DNA of 64,000 nt from contig CAZAUE010000001.1 of assembly GCA_964488565.1 (NCBI GenBank), forward strand, positions 42,687-106,686, in the 5' to 3' direction. A model generated the notes under the pieces. The model was not told the origin of the DNA and ran no database searches. It saw only the letters and a list, made by a program, of their open reading frames with translations. The position numbers were made by a program, and so were the translations under genes. The first letter of the stretch is position 1. Each line of letters starts with the position of its first letter. This stretch comes from an uncultured Candidatus Saccharibacteria bacterium. Lineage in GTDB: Bacteria; Patescibacteriota; Minisyncoccia; 2-02-FULL-40-12; GWA2-44-9. Below, piece after piece: positions 58,462-64,000 of the stretch.

Positions 58462-58500
58462 AAAAACAGAAAAACCTCGCACCAGACGAAGCACGAGGCT
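58462..58500. terminator. Bidirectional terminator after the cassette F ORF
   Basis: CCUCG...CGAGG stem with a U-rich flank on both strands (GCACGAGGCUUCUGUUUUG on the plus strand). Confidence 0.35.
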
Positions 58501-58517
58501 TCTGTTTTGATACGAGG

Positions 58518-59168
58518 CTATACCAATAGCCAAGCGATAGTGGCGACCACCCAACTAAGTTCATTGGCCATCTCACTTATTGCAAGCCAAATGCGGTTGC
58601 GGTCCCAACCCGCCTCCCTAACCATGAAGTAAATCTGGCCAAGGCGAATCAGAATCGTAAGGTGCCCCACTACTACCGACAAGCCAGGCGTACCAGAAGC
58701 ACCTTCGGCCAGAAACTTCCAGGCCAGAAGCACTTGAGGTACCGACTTGTAAGCTATAGCGAAAGACGCTTTCGCTATAGGATCGCTCAATGATAAACGG
58801 CGAATAGTGCTTATGAAAATCACCACCGCCGTCAGGACGACTCCTGTTGCAAGTGTTGTTGTGTCCTTATCATTCCATTGATACGCCGGATTCGTTCCGG
58901 CCGCGACCAAAACACAAGAACCAAGAACAAACCAAACAACATAAGTCGCAATGGCTTGTCGAGTGACGCGACTAGGAGCGGTGCGATGAGCACCAATACC
59001 CAATGCCAAGTGAAACACCAGGTATGCAGTAGCCAGACCAAACTGAGCTAAGCTGAATCCTGTCACATCTGTTACCAACCGCAGAACATACGCTCCGCAA
59101 AATATAACCGCACCGATGATCTGGACCCAAAAGAGCAGGTCCGCAACCATCCTTTTCTTTCCTGACAT
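58518..59168 (-). CDS. Moderately GC-rich (~50%) ORF encoding a 216-aa polytopic membrane protein, hypothetical (cassette F)
   Basis: SD AAAGGAGG 5 nt upstream; ~6 TM helices. Its GC is clearly above that of neighbouring genes. Confidence 0.5.
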   Translation of the reverse strand: MSGKKRMVADLLFWVQIIGAVIFCGAYVLRLVTDVTGFSLAQFGLATAYLVFHLALGIGAHRTAPSRVTRQAIATYVVWFVLGSCVLVAAGTNPAYQWNDKDTTTLATGVVLTAVVIFISTIRRLSLSDPIAKASFAIAYKSVPQVLLAWKFLAEGASGTPGLSVVVGHLTILIRLGQIYFMVREAGWDRNRIWLAISEMANELSWVVATIAWLLV

Positions 59169-59234
59169 GCGAACCTCCTTTGCCCTTTACTGAGCCAGAA
59201 AATGTTGGATTTAAGGTACTACTAGAACACAATA

Positions 59235-59263
59235 ATTATACCACACTTTTACAATATTTGCAA
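59235..59263 (-). promoter_or_regulatory. Sigma70-like promoter for cassette F (TTGCAA-N17-TATAAT)
   Basis: On the minus strand: TTGCAAatattgtaaaagtgtggTATAAT. Confidence 0.45.
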
Positions 59264-59298
59264 ATTACCATTTTTCGAGCCAAAACCCTAAGCGATAG

Positions 59299-59498
59299 CC
59301 CGTCTCTGATTTTGGCCACTTCCGCAGTCAAGAAAATACATGAAAGCGAATTAAGGATTTATCCAAAATAACGAGGTCGAACGCCAAGCTGAAAGCTTGG
59401 AGGCAAGAGAGGGTTACCTGTTATTTTGGCTTAAATCCCAAATGAGCTAAGTATATTTTTGAAGACGAGGACTGGTGGCCAAAATTAGAGATGGGCTG
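59299..59498. mobile_element. MITE-like ~200-bp element bounded by 23-bp terminal inverted repeats
   Basis: agcccgtctctgattttggccac (59299-59321) and the reverse complement of gtggccaaaattagagatgggct (59476-59498) match at 21/23 positions. It is non-coding and intergenic. Confidence 0.4.
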
Positions 59499-59507
59499 GA
59501 AGCCCAC

Positions 59508-60185
59508 CTACTCCTTATCCGATAGTAATTTATCTATCCCATCTTTGATTTTATCCCCCAACTCTTTAATCCTTTCAGTCATAAAAAGGGTCTTGATATA
59601 AGCGGAACTAAATATGGTTTTAATTAGATAACCGATAGCAAGAGCCCCACCCAAGAAAACAAGAACCAAAACAAAGTTTTTAAGATAATCAAATAAATAC
59701 TTGTAACTCTCTCCGAAAAAGAATCCTACAAAAAATACCATCCCTATCCAAAGCGCTGATCCCAAAACATTGTACATGGCAAACTTCTTAAGACTATATT
59801 TAAAAGATCCGGCAGTAATCATGGTCGCAATGGTAAGAGACCACGTAACCTTTGCGAATAAAATCGCTCGCCCACTATAGCGCTGGAAATATTCTTCAAC
59901 CTTTTCAATAATTTTTCTACTATTCTTATCCTTACGTCCCCATCTATCTATTGGTTTAGATCCGGCATAATACCCAACGGTATACCAAGCAAATCCACTA
60001 AAAACTTCTCCGGCAAGACAAACAAAAAACGCGGGCCAAAGAGATATGCTTGCAACAGAGGCAAGAAATCCAGCAAGAATAGTTGTATTCATCCCCTCAA
60101 CAGCAGCGCCAACAAATATAAAGAGATATTTGTATTCAACCAAAAACGGGAGATGGTTTTCTATGTATAAAAAGGCGTTTTCCAT
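59508..60185 (-). CDS. DedA/TVP38-family membrane protein
   Basis: The FIFVGAAVEGMNTTILAGFLAS...YYAG pattern is typical of DedA. 225 aa. Confidence 0.6.
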   Translation of the reverse strand: MENAFLYIENHLPFLVEYKYLFIFVGAAVEGMNTTILAGFLASVASISLWPAFFVCLAGEVFSGFAWYTVGYYAGSKPIDRWGRKDKNSRKIIEKVEEYFQRYSGRAILFAKVTWSLTIATMITAGSFKYSLKKFAMYNVLGSALWIGMVFFVGFFFGESYKYLFDYLKNFVLVLVFLGGALAIGYLIKTIFSSAYIKTLFMTERIKELGDKIKDGIDKLLSDKE

Positions 60186-60190
60186 ATTAA

Positions 60191-60832
60191 TTATCTGACC
60201 TTATTTAAAACTTTAAAGTCTTTTTTGAGAACACCCATGGTGGTTCTGTTGTATATAGCCACAGCAGGGTGATAGAGAGGCACAATCCTGATTTTACCAT
60301 AATTAGTCTTGGTATCAAAAGTCTTTCCGTGTATCTGACTAATGGGTTTTAGCTGATTTTCCAATCCGAATTTTCTCATAATATAGTCCATTGAAAAACG
60401 CCCGAGAGTAGCTATCACTTTAGGCTTAATTATTTCTATCTGCTTATCAAGATATGGTCCGTAAATCTTTATCTCCAAAGGAAGTGGATCCCTATTAAGG
60501 GGTGGCCTGTCTTTGACAATGTTTGTTATATAAACATTTTTTCTGTTTATTCCTACTGAAACAAGCAACTCATCAAGAATTTTCCCAGATGCTCCACAAA
60601 ACGGTTTTCCAGTTTTAGCTTCATTTCTACCAGGAGCTTCTCCTATAAACAAAATCTTGGCACGATGACTTCCTTCTCCAATTACGGGAAAAGCTTTGTT
60701 TTTAATTCTTTCTTTATAAAGTGGGGACTTTTTTAAATTCACCACCTCATCCTCAATTTCGTTTAATAATTTAATTCGTTTATCTGAAGTTGGCATATCG
60801 ATTAGTGTAAGTAAAATTAAAAAACAGAGCAA
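60191..60832 (-). CDS. Uracil-DNA glycosylase, family 4
   Basis: GEGSHRAKILFIGEAPGRNEAKTGKPFCGASGKILDELL (GEAPG...PFVG-type motif) and the HPA (YHPAVAIY) motif. Confidence 0.8.
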   Translation of the reverse strand: MLCFLILLTLIDMPTSDKRIKLLNEIEDEVVNLKKSPLYKERIKNKAFPVIGEGSHRAKILFIGEAPGRNEAKTGKPFCGASGKILDELLVSVGINRKNVYITNIVKDRPPLNRDPLPLEIKIYGPYLDKQIEIIKPKVIATLGRFSMDYIMRKFGLENQLKPISQIHGKTFDTKTNYGKIRIVPLYHPAVAIYNRTTMGVLKKDFKVLNKVR

Positions 60833-60917
60833 ACCCAGTAGTGAGTTTTCCGAAAGTTTTTAGCGACCTTGTCGCAATCGAAAAATCTACTACTGGGCAA
60901 ATGCTCTGTTAAAAAAG

Positions 60918-60943
60918 AGGGGGCGACTTCGTGTCGCCCCTTA
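60918..60943 (-). terminator. Intrinsic terminator of cassette E
   Basis: GUCGCCCC...GGGGCGAC stem, followed on the minus strand by CUCUUUUUUAAC. Confidence 0.6.
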
Positions 60944-60953
60944 AGTCTGGTCG

Positions 60954-61106
60954 CTACAGTGTGTGGCCAGATTTCTCGGACTTCCGTCGGCGGTTCGCCC
61001 GCCGAGCGGCCTGCTTCCGAGCCCAGCTCATGCCACCCTGGCTGGACTGGCCGTACTTGTGAAGCTTGTGCAGGTGTCGTTTCACCCGCATTTCACGTTT
61101 GGTCAT
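60954..61106 (-). CDS. GC-rich ORF encoding a 50-aa highly basic protein (cassette E, gene 2)
   Basis: My own translation gives MTKREMRVKRHLHKLHKYGQSSQGGMSWARKQAARRANRRRKSEKSGHTL. SD GGAAGGGGG lies 6 nt upstream. It is below the ORF-track cutoff. Confidence 0.45.
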   Translation of the reverse strand: MTKREMRVKRHLHKLHKYGQSSQGGMSWARKQAARRANRRRKSEKSGHTL

Positions 61107-61124
61107 TTCTATCCCCCTTCCTAG

Positions 61125-61373
61125 CTAGTCGTTGACGGCGTCGACGGCGACAGCGCCCGCCCAAGTCGCTTCTCCAGCGATCTTGCGCAAAACAGCCATC
61201 AAGCCGTACTTCTGCGCATAGGCCTTCGCGGCCACCGAATCGCCACGCTTCAGGATACGACGAAGCTTGCGCTCCGACGTCCTGGCGAAAGCCGGCGCAA
61301 ATTTTCCGTTCCGGCGTCCGGCCGAACCGGGCTTGCCCTTCTTGCCTTCCTGACCCTTCTTCTCGGTCCCCAT
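61125..61373 (-). CDS. GC-rich ORF encoding an 82-aa basic protein (cassette E, gene 1)
   Basis: SD AGGAGGG 6 nt before the ATG (MGTEKKGQEGKKGKPGSAGRRNGKF...). It begins 19 nt after the stop of the upstream host membrane-protein gene. Confidence 0.45.
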   Translation of the reverse strand: MGTEKKGQEGKKGKPGSAGRRNGKFAPAFARTSERKLRRILKRGDSVAAKAYAQKYGLMAVLRKIAGEATWAGAVAVDAVND

Positions 61374-61392
61374 CTGACCCTCCTCATGAATA

Positions 61393-62778
61393 CTAACGTT
61401 GTCCCAAGATTGTATCACTAAATTTTAGTGATGTCAACCCAAAGCTCAACAAAGACAGCGTGAGCCAAAAGATGAATCTTCCCTGCTGAAGTGTCCACAA
61501 GAAGTGGTCAAATAAACCAAAGAATAGAAAAGATAGAACTATGAGCAAAAAAGAATAATGGTATAACTTACTCATTTTTGTTCTCAAGATGAAATCCTTA
61601 ATAAGGAGAAGCAGAAAAATGGCAAACACAGTGATGCCCAATATTCCATTCTCTGAGTAAATCAGGAGATAAATATTGTGTACTGGCTGATAAAGATTAC
61701 GCGATAAATTTTGATCTTTAGTCATTAGCCAATCAACAAAATTACCGGAACCAACTCCAAACCAGTTCAAGGACTTTAATGATTCTTTGTTGTAAAAAAT
61801 TCTCAGTTGAACAGCCTCCTCCCCAGAAGATATCTTTACCCGACTAATCGCTTCGGGCCAATAAAACACCGAGAAACCAGAAGTAACAATGAGTGTTGTT
61901 ATAAATATTAGAGCTAATTTTTTATTCCAATACTCTTTCCCGAACTTTAAGCGCACGAGGATAATTCTTATCAAAAAATTAATAAACAGAATAAATATTG
62001 CTACTCGTGCAAAGGTAAAAAAGAAGGCTAAAAGAGTTAATCCGAACACGAACAGGTAAAATTTGCTTATATTCTTGTAGATCCATAGATAATAAAAAGC
62101 AAAAATTGCCAAAAATAAATACGCGGCCAGAATATTCGGATGGGGCGTGGTGCCATAAGCACGAATAATCTTTTCTCCTGCCATGTTGTAAAAAGATGCG
62201 ATACCAGACATGTTGAGCCCAATAACACTTTCCCCGAGTAACCTGAGACCCAAATCCGATTGTTTAAAAAATTGAAGCACTGCGATTATTGCCTGAAATA
62301 ATCCCCCAGCAATAATAACCATCAGTGAATTGCCAAAACCAAATCTCGTCACAGCATAATTCTTAATATAAAGATAAAATAAAATAAATTCCAAAAGTTT
62401 TATCCAATTATAGAAGGCAAGTTGAGGACTAATAGCGTTTCTGATTGAAACCGCCGAGATAATAATGAATAAGGCCAGAAAAAAATCTGGTTTTTGGATT
62501 AGGTGTTTGGTGTTAGATATTGAGGGTTTAAAAAAATTAGCATAATACTTGATATTGAATATTTGATACGTCTTCGGAGAATTCCCAAGCCAAAACAAAA
62601 ACAAGATCAAAAGCAGTAGGTCTGTTGCGTACAAAGACGCCGACTGCCATTCATTAAAATTCCAGCTCTGATGCCACAAAATTTTCCGTACCTGAAACGG
62701 AATAGCAAATAACAGAAAATAAAATAAAAATTGTTCTGACCTATTTAACAAATAGTGCATAGACAATACCCGCCCCAA
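61393..62778 (-). CDS. Polytopic membrane protein, O-antigen ligase/Wzy-like
   Basis: 461 aa with at least 10 TM helices and a large loop. The family assignment is tentative. Confidence 0.4.
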   Translation of the reverse strand: MGRVLSMHYLLNRSEQFLFYFLLFAIPFQVRKILWHQSWNFNEWQSASLYATDLLLLILFLFWLGNSPKTYQIFNIKYYANFFKPSISNTKHLIQKPDFFLALFIIISAVSIRNAISPQLAFYNWIKLLEFILFYLYIKNYAVTRFGFGNSLMVIIAGGLFQAIIAVLQFFKQSDLGLRLLGESVIGLNMSGIASFYNMAGEKIIRAYGTTPHPNILAAYLFLAIFAFYYLWIYKNISKFYLFVFGLTLLAFFFTFARVAIFILFINFLIRIILVRLKFGKEYWNKKLALIFITTLIVTSGFSVFYWPEAISRVKISSGEEAVQLRIFYNKESLKSLNWFGVGSGNFVDWLMTKDQNLSRNLYQPVHNIYLLIYSENGILGITVFAIFLLLLIKDFILRTKMSKLYHYSFLLIVLSFLFFGLFDHFLWTLQQGRFIFWLTLSLLSFGLTSLKFSDTILGQR

Positions 62779-63916
62779 ACACGAAAATAAGTAGATAATA
62801 CAAAAACCTAGGTAATTCTAAACTGTACTCCGGCACCCTGTCCCCTTTTGATTTGGCCTTGATGTAAACAAAAGTAAGGACTATTCCCTCAAGTCCGATA
62901 GCAACCGAACCCGCCAAGCTAATAATATCAATGAAAGTTCGCAGTCCTCCTAAAAACAAAACTAGAGGTGGAGCGAGAACCAAGAGCCACGCCCCCTTCC
63001 TTGGAACATCATAATCCAAATGAAACATGTCCAAAAATGCTGAGCCCAACATCAGAAACGATGTGCTCACAGCCAAAATACCAAAAAGTGAACCCAGAAA
63101 TATTATTTTACCTCCCAAAAATTCATACAGCCCCGAGATGGCATCAGGAGTAGTTATGCTTCCAGATACGCCCACAACCGTAAAAGCAAAAATTAAATAC
63201 AACATACTCACCAAAAAGACGGCCAACCAAATAGATTTCTTTAGGTATTTTTCTTGACCCCTTAAAATATCTCTCTGAATTGGAATTGCTGAAAATCCAG
63301 CAAGAGCAAACAATAAAACCCCATATGGCAGAAACCAAAATTCACTTTGGATACCACCGAAATTAGACAAACCAATCTTGTTAATACCAACACCAAAAAT
63401 AAGCAATATTACCACCGCATATAAGCCAACCAGAAACAATTCCACCCAGGAAATTCTTTTAATACCCAATAAAACCAAGACAGATATTACTAAAAAAAAT
63501 AACAAACTATATGTGGTCGGAGATGCATAGAAAACAGAAGAAAAAATATTATTTAAAAAATCTCCAGCAAGAACCACATATACAAGCAATGCCGAATATA
63601 GGGCAAGAGCTATTGAAAAAAATATTGCCCTTTTGAACCAAGGGCCGAGATATTTTTCAGTATAACCGGTTATTTGATGCTCATCGTGAGTTCTCAAAAC
63701 TATTTCACCATACATGAGGTTTAACAGAAGCGTAGTAAAACTAATAAATATCAAGAACGAAAAACCGACCCAAAAGCCGGCTTTAGCAAAAGCGAATGGA
63801 ATTCCAAAAACCCCCACACCTACCATAGTTCCGATAAGAACAGCTGTGGCGGAGAGGAAGCTTTTATTTTTGAGTATATTCAGGTCCAGGATTTTCACTT
63901 TGTTTGAGTTCGCCAA
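62741..63916 (-). CDS. Amino-acid permease-like transporter (Trp/Tyr permease-type)
   Basis: 11 TM helices; the N-terminal VLIGTMVGVGVFGIPFAFAKAG motif is typical of the HAAAP/amino-acid permease family. Confidence 0.5.
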   Translation of the reverse strand: MANSNKVKILDLNILKNKSFLSATAVLIGTMVGVGVFGIPFAFAKAGFWVGFSFLIFISFTTLLLNLMYGEIVLRTHDEHQITGYTEKYLGPWFKRAIFFSIALALYSALLVYVVLAGDFLNNIFSSVFYASPTTYSLLFFLVISVLVLLGIKRISWVELFLVGLYAVVILLIFGVGINKIGLSNFGGIQSEFWFLPYGVLLFALAGFSAIPIQRDILRGQEKYLKKSIWLAVFLVSMLYLIFAFTVVGVSGSITTPDAISGLYEFLGGKIIFLGSLFGILAVSTSFLMLGSAFLDMFHLDYDVPRKGAWLLVLAPPLVLFLGGLRTFIDIISLAGSVAIGLEGIVLTFVYIKAKSKGDRVPEYSLELPRFLYYLLIFVFGAGIVYALFVK

Positions 63917-63964
63917 AAATTCCCTGACTCTTATAGCGTATATCTCGGGTTAGATATTTTTCCA

Positions 63965-64000
63965 CTAGCCAAAGACCGGCCAAAATAACATATACAACAA
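63965..64000 (-). CDS. 3' end of a minus-strand CDS continuing beyond the window
   Basis: The open frame ends ...LYMLFWPVFG* near 63965. Confidence 0.3.
   Translation of the reverse strand: MLYMLFWPVFG

Noticed and set aside
60869-61135. 88-aa plus-strand ORF across cassette E
   Set aside because: It is antisense to two minus-strand ORFs that each have an SD and are followed by a canonical terminator on the minus strand. Ser/Pro/Cys-rich composition artefact.
1-64000. CRISPR arrays, rRNA genes, transposases or integrases
   Set aside because: No repeat-spacer arrays were seen by eye. There are no rRNA-like conserved stretches. No ORF shows DDE-transposase or tyrosine/serine-recombinase motifs, and the MITE-like element and the direct repeats lack an associated recombinase.

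Overview
The window looks like a low-GC (roughly 30-35% by eye) Patescibacteria/CPR-type chromosome segment. Genes are compact and almost all on the minus strand.

Housekeeping genes I can support:
- a copper-handling cluster: a CopA P1B-ATPase, two proteins with cupredoxin-like domains, and an HMA-DsbD_2-cupredoxin protein
- a MacAB-like ABC exporter with its adaptor, next to a DsbA/DsbB(BdbDC)-like pair
- an RsuA-like pseudouridine synthase, an M3-like metallopeptidase, a PlsY fusion, a DEAD-box helicase, an SDR, and two more P-type ATPases
- Tag glycosylase, tRNA-Gln(UUG), DnaX, a T4SS coupling-protein-like ATPase, and two ArnT/PMT-like GT-C glycosyltransferases
- FtsQ-like, SerS, LysS, GreA, a PBP2-MreDCB cluster, ProS, RseP, Frr, HolB, MurG, and an Ogt-like domain
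- LexA, an S8 protease, DedA, and a family-4 UDG

The most unusual feature is six compact cassettes of much higher GC (about 50-65%). Each has a sigma70-like promoter motif, a Shine-Dalgarno site, one or two small ORFs of un-host-like composition, and an intrinsic terminator, set between or after host genes. One encodes a Gram-negative-type outer-membrane beta-barrel, which is out of place in a CPR-like monoderm. A further ~500-nt GC-rich non-coding block sits at 38.1-38.6 kb.

Other points of interest:
- the tRNA-Gln is followed by decayed copies of its own 3' end with a structured spacer
- 30-bp direct repeats lie 3.3 kb apart and bracket the Ca-ATPase
- a MITE-like element with 23-bp terminal inverted repeats lies at 59.3-59.5 kb
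- a membrane bPH_2-Schlafen/AlbA_2 fusion
- an apparently leaderless lexA with an inverted-repeat operator candidate

I found no CRISPR array or rRNA. All functional calls rest on motif recognition by eye; no searches were run.
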